Position numbers and translations under genes: made by a program
Shown here: one piece after another, positions 53,378 to 63,352 of the stretch
How positions within the stretch are numbered: the first letter of the stretch is position 1
Layout of the letters: each line of letters starts with the position of its first letter
NCBI GenBank assembly: GCA_963723515.1
Contig: CAVRQT010000003.1
Location: 320,001-384,000, forward strand
Reading direction: 5' to 3'
Origin: Vulcanimicrobiota bacterium
GTDB taxonomy: Bacteria; Vulcanimicrobiota; Vulcanimicrobiia; Vulcanimicrobiales; Vulcanimicrobiaceae
DNA: 64,000 nt
The notes under the pieces: model-generated
Told to the model about the DNA's origin: nothing
Databases searched by the model: none
Seen by the model: the letters and a program-made list of their open reading frames with translations, nothing else

Positions 53378-54339
53378 GCGCGTTCATCGGTCTGTCACGC
53401 TGAGTTTATCGAAGCGCCACGACAACGGTTGCCCTTCGACTAGCTCAGGGTGACAGCGACGTTATCGCCACTTCGCTGGTACCGCGTTCATTGATCTGTC
53501 ACACTGAGTTTATCGAAGCGCAATCGTAATCGCTTAGGAGGCGTTCATTGATCTGTCACGCTGAGTTTATCGAAACGCAACGATAACGGTTGCCCTTCGA
53601 CAAGCTCAGGGTGACAGTGGCGTTATGATCGCGTGCTTGGTGCGCGTTCATTGATCTGTCACGCTGAGTTTATCGAAACGCAACGATAACGGTTGCCCTT
53701 CGATGCTTCGGCGCTGCTCAGCACAGGCTGAGCTCAGGTGACAGTGGCGTTATGATCGCGTGCTTAGTGCGCGTTCATCGATCTGTCACGCTGAGTTTAT
53801 CGAAGCGCCACCGTAATCTCGCTTGGTGCGCGTTCATTGATCTGTCACGCTGAGTTTATCGAAGCGCCACCGTAATCTCCATTAGTGCGCGTTCATTGAT
53901 CTGTCACGCTGAGTTTATCGAAGCGCCACGATAAGGGTCGCCCTTCGATGCTTCGGCGCTGCTCAGCACAGGCTGAGCTCAGGGTGACAGTGGCGTTATG
54001 ATCGCGTGCTTAGTGCGCGTTCATTCATCGTGTCACACTAGTTTATCGAAGCGCCACCGTAATCTCCGTTAGTGCGCGTTCACCAATCTGTCACGCTGAG
54101 TTTATCGAAGCGCCACGATAAGGGTTGCCCTTCGATGCTTCGGCGCTGCTCAGCACAGGCTGAGCTCAGGGTGACAGTGGCGTTATGATCGCGTGCTTAG
54201 TGCGCGTTCATCGATCTGTCACGCTGAGTTTATCGAAGCGCCACGATAACGGTTGCCCTTCGATGCTTCGGCGCTGCTCAGCACAGGCTGAGCTCAGGGT
54301 GACAGTGGCGTTATGATTGCGTGATTAGTGCGCGTTCAT
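53378..54339. repeat. BIME-like mosaic REP array (10 forward, 6 reverse cores)
   Basis: Units start (tta)gtgcgcgttcat-Nga-tctgtcacgctgagtttatcgaagcg; ~59-bp short units and ~103-128-bp long units. Confidence 0.95.
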
Positions 54340-54744
54340 CTGCGCGCACCCGATCACCGTAAAGTCGCCGATCCGGCCTAACTTCTTACCGTAAGGACCC
54401 ATCAACCACACTTGCCAGCGACTATCGTTGCCGGCGTTGCAAAGCTCTCGCGGGGCAATCGCGGTTCGTGTTCGTCCACTCCCCAGCAGCGGCGTTGTCG
54501 CCGGCTCGGGCAAGATGTTGGCAACAGGCGGCGGCTCGAAGCGCAGCGCGACGAGCCGTCCCGTACGTGAGGCGAAGATCGTCACCGTCAACGTCGTTTC
54601 GACCGAACCAAAGCAGGGCCCAACGCCTGCAATTGCATGCAGCCGCGGCGAACATGGCTTTAGGAGCGGGGCGCTTTTCGCATCAGCGGCCGCGACAACA
54701 ACGAGCGCCGCGCCTGCCGCCAAGCCGATCATCCACGTTTTCAT
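54325..54744 (-). CDS. Secreted hypothetical protein with four Cys
   Basis: GAGG RBS, signal peptide. Confidence 0.7.
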   Translation of the reverse strand: MKTWMIGLAAGAALVVVAAADAKSAPLLKPCSPRLHAIAGVGPCFGSVETTLTVTIFASRTGRLVALRFEPPPVANILPEPATTPLLGSGRTRTAIAPRELCNAGNDSRWQVWLMGPYGKKLGRIGDFTVIGCAQMNAH

Positions 54745-54771
54745 ATCAACCTCTGATTTCGATACGGAAAA

Positions 54772-55992
54772 TTACCGGCTCTCGTTGCGCACGACCGGTA
54801 TTGACGCGCCGACCAGAGCGATCGCGAGATACCCGAACGCCGAGATCGCCATGGCGACGTGCGCGCCTATGTGGTCTGCGACATACCCTAAAGCAACCAC
54901 GCTGGGCACCATGCCGGTGAGCACCACTAATCGTACCGCTCCCATTACACGGCCGACCATCTGTTCCGGCGTAATTCGCAAGCGCCAGCCGATAATTTGC
55001 GAGATCTCAAAGTTTGCGGCCATGTTGGCGAGCGCCCAGAAGATCGCCGCAACGTAGAGATTGCGCGCGAACAGAAACGGGATAAAGATCAGCGCATCAA
55101 AGAGCATGGCGAAAACCAATGCGCGACCAAACGGCCACCGATTGGCCATCTTTCCCGCAAACAACGAGCCGGAGATTGCACCGATCGCGCTAATCCCTAA
55201 GAAGAAGCCGACCTGATGGTCCGTGGCCCCAAACTGCCGCTTCAAATAGGGAATTAAGATCGCATAGCCGCCAAAACCAAAGGCATTCATCGCTAAACTC
55301 AGCAGCGACATCGTGCGCATCGGCGCATCGCGCATGAGAAACCGAAAGCCGGCCGCGATATCATCGAGCAGTTCACGGAACGACGGCGCGCCGTTGCGCT
55401 CGTCCGGTCCGAGCGTCGGGACGCGCGAAAGCGAGATCTGTGAAATACCGTAGGTGAACGCATTCAGCGTGAGCGCAGGCAGGGGTCCGAGCAATGAGAA
55501 AAGCGCGCCGCCGATCACCGGTGTCACAAGGTTGCTTGCGCCTTCCGCTGCGACGAGCGCGGAGATGGCTTCCGTCGTGCGCTCACGTCCGAGCAGGTAT
55601 GGAATGCTCGACGCCTGGCCGCCTAAGAAGAACGACGCGCTAATCGAGATGATGACTAAGCCGCCATAGACCATGGTCAGCGTCAACGTATGCGTCGCGT
55701 AGGTGATGGCAAATGTCGCCATCACCGCAAAGCGCACGAAGTCGCAGATGATCATCAGCTTGCGGCGATCCAGGCGATCCGCGAACGAACCGGCGATCGG
55801 GCCGAAAAGCGCAAAGGGCGCCACTTCCAGTACCAAACTGATGCCGGTCGACAAAGCGGAGCGCGTGAGGTAGTAGACAAGCAGCGGAACGGCGAGCAAA
55901 CGCAAACCGTCGCCCAAATAGCTGAACGCCTGGCCGATGTAATATTGTCGAAAGCTTCGCGACGCAAAGATGCTGTCGCCGGCGGTTACCAT
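54772..55992 (-). CDS. MFS transporter
   Basis: GSFADRLDRRKLM motif A, about 12 TM, MVGRV. Confidence 0.93.
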   Translation of the reverse strand: MVTAGDSIFASRSFRQYYIGQAFSYLGDGLRLLAVPLLVYYLTRSALSTGISLVLEVAPFALFGPIAGSFADRLDRRKLMIICDFVRFAVMATFAITYATHTLTLTMVYGGLVIISISASFFLGGQASSIPYLLGRERTTEAISALVAAEGASNLVTPVIGGALFSLLGPLPALTLNAFTYGISQISLSRVPTLGPDERNGAPSFRELLDDIAAGFRFLMRDAPMRTMSLLSLAMNAFGFGGYAILIPYLKRQFGATDHQVGFFLGISAIGAISGSLFAGKMANRWPFGRALVFAMLFDALIFIPFLFARNLYVAAIFWALANMAANFEISQIIGWRLRITPEQMVGRVMGAVRLVVLTGMVPSVVALGYVADHIGAHVAMAISAFGYLAIALVGASIPVVRNESR

Positions 55993-56195
55993 CACGACCT
56001 CACCTAGAAGAAGTGAAAAAAACCGTTCTCCGACCCGCCATGTCGGATGCGCGAACGGCCGTACGCGTTTATACCGTACTCTAGAGGCTTGGGTCAACCC
56101 CCGGTGCCTAAAGAAACCGTAGGCCGTAATCTGGTTTAGCTATTTCCGACAGCAGAGGAGCCAGGAATTGAGCGCAAAGAGAGCAAGAGCTCCGG

Positions 56196-57209
56196 GTGCG
56201 CCGCACCGTCATGGCTATCGTTGCGCTTGCCGTGTGTTGCGTGTTACCCGCAGTGTCTCAGCCGAAGCTGACAACAACCGCGGCGCAACTCACGTTTGAC
56301 GGTGAATTCCTGTTGCCTACCCGCGACGGCAAACCGTACGGCATTGTTGCTGCTTCAAACGGCGATGTGTGGTTTACGGAGATCAAAGCCGGCAACATCG
56401 GTCGGTTACCTCGTGGAGGCGTTATCATCGAGTATCCACTGCCGAATCCCAAAAGTGCGCCAGCGAACATTGTCGAGGGTCCTGATCATGCTCTTTGGTT
56501 TACCGAAGTTGCAGCGGATAAGATCGGTCGCATCACGGACAGCGGAACGATCAGCGAGTATGCTCTCCCTTCGGGTAGCGCCCCTTACGCAATCGCGTTT
56601 ACAAGAAGCGGTGACCTGTGGTTTTCCGAAAAGGGTGCGATCGGACGACGGTCGCGAAACGGAACGATAACGAGCTTTCCGGCACCAAACATCAATGAGC
56701 CGTACGAAGTTGGCATCGCCGCCGGTGGTGATGGCAACCTGTGGTTTACTGAAGGCTCTGCAATTGGAAGAATGACACCACACGGAGCGATCAAGGAATT
56801 TCGTTTGCGCAATGGCGGGAGCATTCCGACGAAGATTGTCTTCTCGGAAAAAGGATCGCTCTGGTTTACGAGAGATTGGATCCCTTGCCTCACGCCTCTG
56901 TTCGAGGGTAAGGATGTGCATTGCGACGTACTAGATTTCGCCTTCGGAAGCATGTCGCTCGCGGGAGAAGCGCGGGAAGACTGGACGCGGCAGATATCTT
57001 CCATTGCCCCCGCGTCTGACGGTACCGTATGGGTCAGCGCGGGCAGCGCGGTCGGCTTTGTTCATACCGACGGGAGCATCGACTTCAACGATTTCAAGGA
57101 TGCCCAGGGTCATCAATTGTTGCCGTTGATTCGTTATTTGGCGGCCGGCAAGGGGCGCACATTATGGTTCACAGGGGAAGCGCCCCTTATCGGCAAGTTC
57201 ATTTACTAG
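56196..57209 (+). CDS. Secreted Vgb-lyase-like beta-propeller
   Basis: Repeats of GPDxxLWFTE...IGR. Confidence 0.85.
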   Translation: MRRTVMAIVALAVCCVLPAVSQPKLTTTAAQLTFDGEFLLPTRDGKPYGIVAASNGDVWFTEIKAGNIGRLPRGGVIIEYPLPNPKSAPANIVEGPDHALWFTEVAADKIGRITDSGTISEYALPSGSAPYAIAFTRSGDLWFSEKGAIGRRSRNGTITSFPAPNINEPYEVGIAAGGDGNLWFTEGSAIGRMTPHGAIKEFRLRNGGSIPTKIVFSEKGSLWFTRDWIPCLTPLFEGKDVHCDVLDFAFGSMSLAGEAREDWTRQISSIAPASDGTVWVSAGSAVGFVHTDGSIDFNDFKDAQGHQLLPLIRYLAAGKGRTLWFTGEAPLIGKFIY

Positions 57210-57255
57210 GCGTCCTACCGTGATTGCAGCGCGATCTCGATTTGTTGTGCTGCCG

Positions 57256-57806
57256 TTAATGCCGCTTAGGGCGCAGTAGCGTAAGAGAGTTCATCATACG
57301 CGCAAGCTCAGCGCGTGGCGTCAGGTTGGGCCCGCAGGATTGTATGAAAAGCGCTCCGACATACTTCGAGGGATTCCCGCGAGGATAACCGAGCCAACTC
57401 GTGCCAAAGCACGTGCTGTGGTCTGGCTCGAGCAGAACGTCAATCGACCCTTTACCGACGAGGCGTGCGTTAAACGTTACAGGTAACGCCTTTGGGTCGG
57501 GACTTGCGACGTCGCCCTTGCCACCGTTCCCGGCGCTGAACAAAATATCCGAACGTCCGTTGCTATAGGTGATTTCATAGTCAGTGCCGCCGCCAGGGCC
57601 ACAGTTACGCGTGCAAGTATTATGTACAGACAGGCTTACGACTCGATACGCGGGCGGAAGCCACGATGGCACCAATAGCGGATAGTCTTTCAAACTCGAT
57701 AGCCGACGCCATTGCGTGGCGGTAAAGCCTGGCGGGATATCTGCGCATCAACGGCAGTCGAGTTAAGGATGAATGCCATCAAAAAGAAAAGCACCGAGCG
57801 TTTCAT
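57256..57806 (-). CDS. Secreted hypothetical protein, paralog 1 (frameshifted near 57700-57730)
   Basis: MKRSVLFFLMAF... then KDYPLLVPSWLP, collinear with 57926-58465. Confidence 0.75.
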
Positions 57807-57925
57807 CGACGGAAAGTTCTGTGCGCGACTGGCAGTGCCTGGTGATAGTGAGCGTTCTGACGGTGCCATTAACCTGCGAAGACGCGGCGCCAATCCGCCA
57901 AGGCCGCCGGTATTGTTAGTGGCGT

Positions 57926-58465
57926 CTAATGGTGCAGAAGACTAAGAGATGTCATCATACGCGCGAGCTCAGGGCGCGGAGTGTGATTGGGACCGCAGGA
58001 TCGTATCATAACCGCTCCAAATTGTGAGGGAAGCCGCCGAGGATAAGACATCCAACCTGAGCCGGAGCAAGTGCTAAGGTCTGGAAAGATCAGATTCTTG
58101 ATCGACCCTTTACCTAGGAAGCGTGAGCTAAACGGCGCGGGTAACGTTTTGGGATCGGGGCTCTCCACCTCGCCAATGCCACCGTTGGTGCCGCTTAACA
58201 GAATTTCTGAGCGTCCGTTGCTATAGATAATATCATAGTCAATCCCGCCGAACGCGCCACAGTTACGCGCGCAACCATTGTGCGCAGACAGTTTCGCGAC
58301 TCGATAGCCCTGCGGAAGCCATGAGGGCACCAGTACAGGATAGTCTTTCACACTCAACAACCGATGCCATTGCGCGACGGTAAACCCGGGCGGGAGGGTC
58401 TGCGCATTGACGGCAGTCGAGTTAAGGGCGAATCCCATTAAAAAGAAAAGCACCGAGCGTTTCAT
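57926..58465 (-). CDS. Secreted hypothetical protein, paralog 2
   Basis: Signal peptide, YPVLVPSWLPQGY, four Cys shared with paralog 1. Confidence 0.8.
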   Translation of the reverse strand: MKRSVLFFLMGFALNSTAVNAQTLPPGFTVAQWHRLLSVKDYPVLVPSWLPQGYRVAKLSAHNGCARNCGAFGGIDYDIIYSNGRSEILLSGTNGGIGEVESPDPKTLPAPFSSRFLGKGSIKNLIFPDLSTCSGSGWMSYPRRLPSQFGAVMIRSCGPNHTPRPELARMMTSLSLLHH

Positions 58466-58663
58466 CGAGGGAGCGTTCTGTGCGCGACGTCAGCTGCCCC
58501 GCGACGGCCAGCGTTTTCTGATGGCGTCTCAGTACCGTTAAGCGTGTTGTAGCGGTGCAATCGCGTGCCACAGCAACAACAGCCGCGAAATGCTTGGCGT
58601 CTTATGGACGCCGATCGGACGGTTCATGGCGCCGGCTGGCCCACTTCCGCATTTACATAAGAT

Positions 58664-58697
58664 AAAGGAGCTCCGGCAAACGCCGGAGCTCCTTTTT
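58664..58697. terminator. Intrinsic terminator
   Basis: aaaggagctccggc-aaac-gccggagctcctttt. Confidence 0.88.
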
Positions 58698-58715
58698 GTA
58701 CGCGTAGGTTTGTCG

Positions 58716-58955
58716 CTAAGGCTTGGTCGTGCCGGACAGATCAGGTATGTGAACGCCGGCTACTTTCTTCGAGGTTGACTTCGGGTGCCCGGTTTTTTGC
58801 GCGATCGGCCTGGCGTGCGACATATGGTGGCCAGCCACCAATTGCCGTTTGGCGCTAATCGGCGCATTCTTGTGATGAGTGTCCGCCGCCATGGCTGGCA
58901 TTACGGCCGTGAAGATCAGACCAAAGGCCGCCGCAGAGATAGAAAGCTTTCGCAT
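58716..58955 (-). CDS. Small secreted basic His/Lys-rich protein
   Basis: GGAG RBS, signal ending AMA, terminator follows. Confidence 0.7.
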   Translation of the reverse strand: MRKLSISAAAFGLIFTAVMPAMAADTHHKNAPISAKRQLVAGHHMSHARPIAQKTGHPKSTSKKVAGVHIPDLSGTTKP

Positions 58956-59001
58956 GTTAATTTCTCCCATTTTTGTACTTCGGTAATGTATGAGTTCGGG
59001 G

Positions 59002-59340
59002 TCAGTACGATAAGACAAGGTTGTAGGAGCAGAGATCTTCGTTCCACACGTGCTCGATGTGCGCGTCCGTATACACGGCAATGATGTCCCAGTAGCACGT
59101 GTCAAAGCTGCCCGGCGGAAAAGTGAGGGTGTCAACGGTCCCTGGTGGGATAGTGTAGTCGCCAAGAACATCTGGGCCTACATTGGAGTCTGAATGTCGT
59201 GATACATATAGATGATAGACCGTGCCATTTCCCTGATTGTATACCTTGAATGACCCCGCCAAGGCCGTCGAGCGCCCTATGACGAGGAGTCCCACTACCA
59301 ATGCTAGTGCGATACTCATGGATGCTAGTCGATGTTTCAT
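59002..59340 (-). CDS. Small secreted beta-rich protein
   Basis: AGGAGG RBS, signal peptide, VYHLYVS...GPDVLG...CYWDI...DLC. Confidence 0.78.
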   Translation of the reverse strand: MKHRLASMSIALALVVGLLVIGRSTALAGSFKVYNQGNGTVYHLYVSRHSDSNVGPDVLGDYTIPPGTVDTLTFPPGSFDTCYWDIIAVYTDAHIEHVWNEDLCSYNLVLSY

Positions 59341-59541
59341 GTCTTCCTCCTAAAGAAAGAACGGGTCTGGATTAGCGCCGACAAGGCCTGTGAGCGGAGC
59401 CCGTTACCTTGAAGCCCCCTCTTGCGTATCGGCTACCCGGCGAAGTGTTGTCGTTGCAACGCTCGCCGAATTCGTTTGTTCACTTGATGCTTCAACTAGT
59501 CGCTAATTAGTAGCGCATGGATGTCCTAGCAGGACGATCGG

Positions 59542-62166
59542 TTAGGTACACGCGCCGGCGCCTGCGTCGTTCAAGTGCGTCGCTTCAGTTTGAAGCGAGC
59601 CTTCGCTCTTTTCGGAGGCGGCAAGCGCTGCCGCCGACGAGAGGTCTGCGGTGAGCGTCCGATCTGATGCATTAACCTTTTGTATCGCCTCAAGGAAGGC
59701 ACGCGCTGCCGCGGCAGTCGACGCCTCCCGTGGATCCCTTATCCGGCCGATCGCCGTTTCCAGCGCATGTGTCGCCGACCGTTCGTGTTTGAGGTTTAGT
59801 CGGGCGAAGAGCACCAACGCCGCTACGCTGTAGAAGCGCGGAAGCGGCGCCATAAAGGGCCGCGTCTTTGGCTGGTGATATGCCATCGCAAGGGCCGTTG
59901 ATTTCACGCGACCGTGCGCGATTTGCCAACCTGCGTAGGCTTGCTCGAGTTCTCTGAGTGCCATCGAACAGCGCCTGCTAGTGCTCGAGTTGATGACATA
60001 CAGCGCAGGGGTGGTGACCAGCTTCCCGTCCGTTCTTACGATGTGCGGCAGCGACTGATTCAAAAATGGCATCGCCCAGGCCATCGATGTCGCGACGCTG
60101 TTTTGCGTTAGTGCCGCACCCTCTTCCTGGTCGCCCGTAATGACGCTTTTTACTATGCCATATACATCGCCGTTTCGAGCGTCGAAGAGTGGTCCGCCAC
60201 TGTTCCCGAAATCTGTCTCCGAATCGTATTGTATGAAGTCGTCGCCTAGCGCAATCTTACTGACGCTTCCGAGATGCATCACCGCATGAAGCCCTCCCGC
60301 GTACCTTGCGTCGTTGATGAACTTCACCGAGTCGCCTTTTTTCCACCGCGCGCCCCAGCCAGGAACGTCGGAGTACGGAAAACCGGCGATGGCGAGGGGC
60401 TGAGACTCGTGCGGGATCGCCGGCGCAATCACAACCTTCGGCACATTCGGCACATCTGTTTCGAGCATGACGAGATCTGGATTCGACAAATACCGGATCA
60501 CTCGTGCGTTGTGCTTCACGGTGAGATCATTTGCCATTACGCGAGTGTCCTTGGCAAGAATCAGTTGTCGCCTGTCGTTGGGGTCTGGCCTCGCGACGAC
60601 GTGATCGGCGGTCACGAAATAGGAATGCTTATCATCAGACCACACGCAGAACGCGGTTCCCCATCCGACGATAGAGCCATCAGGTTTGGCCGTGGTGATA
60701 AGAGCGAGACTCTTAAAAAGGACATCTGCGATCGCGTTCGGCTTTGCCGTTCGGCTCTCACAGCCGCTGAGTGCGGCATTTAACCGGTGCGCTGCTCCGC
60801 GCACGAAACCTTCGCTTTTTCTTGAAGCGTAGAGGGCTGCGGGCGATGACAGACGAGAGGCGAGTGTCTCGTCCGTTGCGTTGACCTTTCGCACGGCCTC
60901 GATGATCGCTCGCGTCGCCTCGGCAGTCGCGATGTCTTGGCGGCCGGCTATGCGGCGCGCCGCGCCTTCCATGTTACGAGTCGCCGAACTCTCATTCTTG
61001 ACGTCGTGGGCGGCGATGATCGAAAACTTCCGCGCGCTGTAAAAGCGCCGAAGTGAGCCCATAAGCGATCGCGCATATTGCTGATGGGTCGCCGTAGCAA
61101 AGGCCATTGACTTTACGCGACCATGCGCGTTAGCCCAGTTTGCGTATGCTTTAGCGAAGGGTCTAAGCGTTGCGGAACAACGCTTGCTGGTGCTTGAAAC
61201 TTGCAGCGCCGGCGTCGTGACGAGGCTCGGGTCTGTCTTTACAACGTGATGCAGCGCCTGGTTCAACAGCGGCGAAATCCAAACCATGGAGGTCGCAAAG
61301 CTGTCTTCAGTACCGGGGCCTTCCTGAGCGTGGCCGGTGTTGACCGCTTCGACTAAGCCATAAACATCGCCGGTGCGGGCGTCGAATAGCGGTCCCCCGC
61401 TGTTGCCGTGATCGGTCGGCGCGTCGTAGTGTATGTACTCGTCGCCGATGCCAAGCCCGTTTACCTCTCCGGTGTGGATCGACGCGGACAGATCGCCCGG
61501 GTAATTTCCGTTAAGCACGTACTTTAGCGCCTCTTGTTGATCCCATAGCTTGCCCCAGCGCGCGTCGGTGTAGGGGAAGCCGGCGATGGCGATCGGCTGG
61601 GGATCGACCGGGATGCTAAGGCCGACTGTTACTGCCGGCAAGCGTGGAACGTTTATCTTCAAAAGTGCCAGGTCGGGCTCGGGAAACCAGTGCGCTATGA
61701 CCTGTGCCGGATGTCTGACGGCAAGGTCCTTCCATCTCCAGGTCTCGGTGGCGCGGATCAATTGCACTGAGAGTTGAGGATCTGGACGGCCCTTAGGGTC
61801 AAGAAAAAAATCGCCCTTCTTGTTAGTGTCCATTTTATCGATGACATGGTCGTCGGTGACAAAATACGAATCCTTATCATCGGACCACACGCAGAAGCCG
61901 GTTCCCCATCCGTAGACGTTGCCTTCATGTGTCACAGTGATGATCAGCGCGAGGCTCGGACGAATCTTATCCTGATACAAAGTGTCGGTCGTGTTGGCTG
62001 GCATCCCGGTGCGGTCGCCGCAGGCGGAGAGCGCAAAAGATAAGGCTATGGCAACCAACCCGCCTCGAAGCATCATTCGGGTATACCACGTAAGCTTTTT
62101 GATGCTCCGTGCAACCCAGGGCGAATTCGTTCTGCGCGCCGCAGCCACTCGCGGTGCTTCAGTCAT
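59542..62166 (-). CDS. Lipoprotein with two tandem trypsin-like serine protease modules (start may be 62076)
   Basis: LSAC lipobox; VTDDHV/PDLALL/GNSGGPL and VTADHV/PDLVML/GNSGGPL. Confidence 0.88.
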   Translation of the reverse strand: MTEAPRVAAARRTNSPWVARSIKKLTWYTRMMLRGGLVAIALSFALSACGDRTGMPANTTDTLYQDKIRPSLALIITVTHEGNVYGWGTGFCVWSDDKDSYFVTDDHVIDKMDTNKKGDFFLDPKGRPDPQLSVQLIRATETWRWKDLAVRHPAQVIAHWFPEPDLALLKINVPRLPAVTVGLSIPVDPQPIAIAGFPYTDARWGKLWDQQEALKYVLNGNYPGDLSASIHTGEVNGLGIGDEYIHYDAPTDHGNSGGPLFDARTGDVYGLVEAVNTGHAQEGPGTEDSFATSMVWISPLLNQALHHVVKTDPSLVTTPALQVSSTSKRCSATLRPFAKAYANWANAHGRVKSMAFATATHQQYARSLMGSLRRFYSARKFSIIAAHDVKNESSATRNMEGAARRIAGRQDIATAEATRAIIEAVRKVNATDETLASRLSSPAALYASRKSEGFVRGAAHRLNAALSGCESRTAKPNAIADVLFKSLALITTAKPDGSIVGWGTAFCVWSDDKHSYFVTADHVVARPDPNDRRQLILAKDTRVMANDLTVKHNARVIRYLSNPDLVMLETDVPNVPKVVIAPAIPHESQPLAIAGFPYSDVPGWGARWKKGDSVKFINDARYAGGLHAVMHLGSVSKIALGDDFIQYDSETDFGNSGGPLFDARNGDVYGIVKSVITGDQEEGAALTQNSVATSMAWAMPFLNQSLPHIVRTDGKLVTTPALYVINSSTSRRCSMALRELEQAYAGWQIAHGRVKSTALAMAYHQPKTRPFMAPLPRFYSVAALVLFARLNLKHERSATHALETAIGRIRDPREASTAAAARAFLEAIQKVNASDRTLTADLSSAAALAASEKSEGSLQTEATHLNDAGAGACT

Positions 62167-62491
62167 TTCCTCCGGCGGGATGCTTCAGAGGCGCGTGAAG
62201 CGGCCCATTTGGGAACGCATTCGCGGCATATGCGGACGGTTGTGTAGCGCCCATGAATGCAACGGCTACCGCCGAGAATAGCAAAAAGGCTAGTGGTCTA
62301 ACCAATGAGTAATTTGCCTCGCGGATAACACATCGGAGTGCGTGGGGCTCCCTTCACATTGGACTTGAATGGTCCTGCAATTGTCCTGCAGAGGGCATCC
62401 ATTCACGCCGTCCGCGTGGCGTCAGGCTCCGCAGTCGCCAAAGTCAGCAGCGGAGCACTTTCAAGGACGGCTAAACGCGAGCAGTCATCCT

Positions 62492-63307
62492 TTACATTAA
62501 CGGCGTTGCGTGGCTTATATCGTCGTGGTAGAGACCAAATGTCTTCCGATGCCATGCGAAGTGCCGTTCGAGCGCCTTTATGCGCGCAACGTATGTCGGG
62601 TGGTCCGAGAGCCACCGAGATTCAGCGGCTGTGCGTGCGTTCGCGTTGAATTTTCTGAAAAGCCAGACGAAGCCCCAAGGGTTGAATCCCGCTGCTGCAC
62701 AGATGTCTGAGCCTCGTAGATCCGCGCGCTCCTCGTCACCCCGCGTGTAATGCGAGAGAATAAGTGCGTCACCCGTCGCGGTCGCGTTATCGATCGCAGC
62801 GTCGAGACGTCCTCGAAACGCACGCTTCAGCCGTGTCCCGGACCAGTCTTCAAAGGAACCCAAGCGGTTAACCCGCGCAACGGCTGCGATCCCGTCATGA
62901 TGGATCGCGTGCGACATTTCATGGCAGAGTACGGCCGCGAACTCGTCGGCGTTATTGGCAACGAATTTGAGCAGCCCTCGATCAACATAGACTCGTGATG
63001 CAAAAGCCACGAAGGCGTTTGGCACGTCGGAATCCACGACATAAAACGTAAACGGAGCATGGTAGATCGACGATGCCACGAGGGAGATCCGCGCGCCGAT
63101 ACGATTTACAACGCGCTGCTCGGTCGCGTTGTGAACGATCTTGTGCTGGCGCTCCATATTCGCGTAGTAATGATCGTCGAGCGCAATCTCATCGGGCGTG
63201 GGAGCAGCAAAGGCGACACGTGTCAGAAAGAGCGTGTAAAACGTAAGGCCGATCAGGGAACGAACGATCATTCTACATTGTCGTGCTGATTCCAAGAATG
63301 GATTCAA
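62492..63307 (-). CDS. M48-family zinc metallopeptidase, secreted
   Basis: PNAF, HEMSH, EERAD, SDHP. Confidence 0.92.
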   Translation of the reverse strand: MNPFLESARQCRMIVRSLIGLTFYTLFLTRVAFAAPTPDEIALDDHYYANMERQHKIVHNATEQRVVNRIGARISLVASSIYHAPFTFYVVDSDVPNAFVAFASRVYVDRGLLKFVANNADEFAAVLCHEMSHAIHHDGIAAVARVNRLGSFEDWSGTRLKRAFRGRLDAAIDNATATGDALILSHYTRGDEERADLRGSDICAAAGFNPWGFVWLFRKFNANARTAAESRWLSDHPTYVARIKALERHFAWHRKTFGLYHDDISHATPLM

Positions 63308-63352
63308 AGGGGGAGCCCGGTTTCAGCCGCCCTGTCTCGATGTCGTAGCCTC

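Noticed and set aside
53378..54339. CRISPR array
   Set aside because: Sequences between repeats are themselves repeated, the cores occur in both orientations, unit length varies from ~57 to ~128 bp, and no cas genes are present
56196..57209. Virginiamycin B resistance gene
   Set aside because: Only the propeller repeat is shared; it has a signal peptide and a divergent C-terminal half, so resistance cannot be inferred
59341..59540. Riboswitch in the long leader of the secreted gene
   Set aside because: Some possible stems, but no recognisable c-di-GMP or other aptamer consensus
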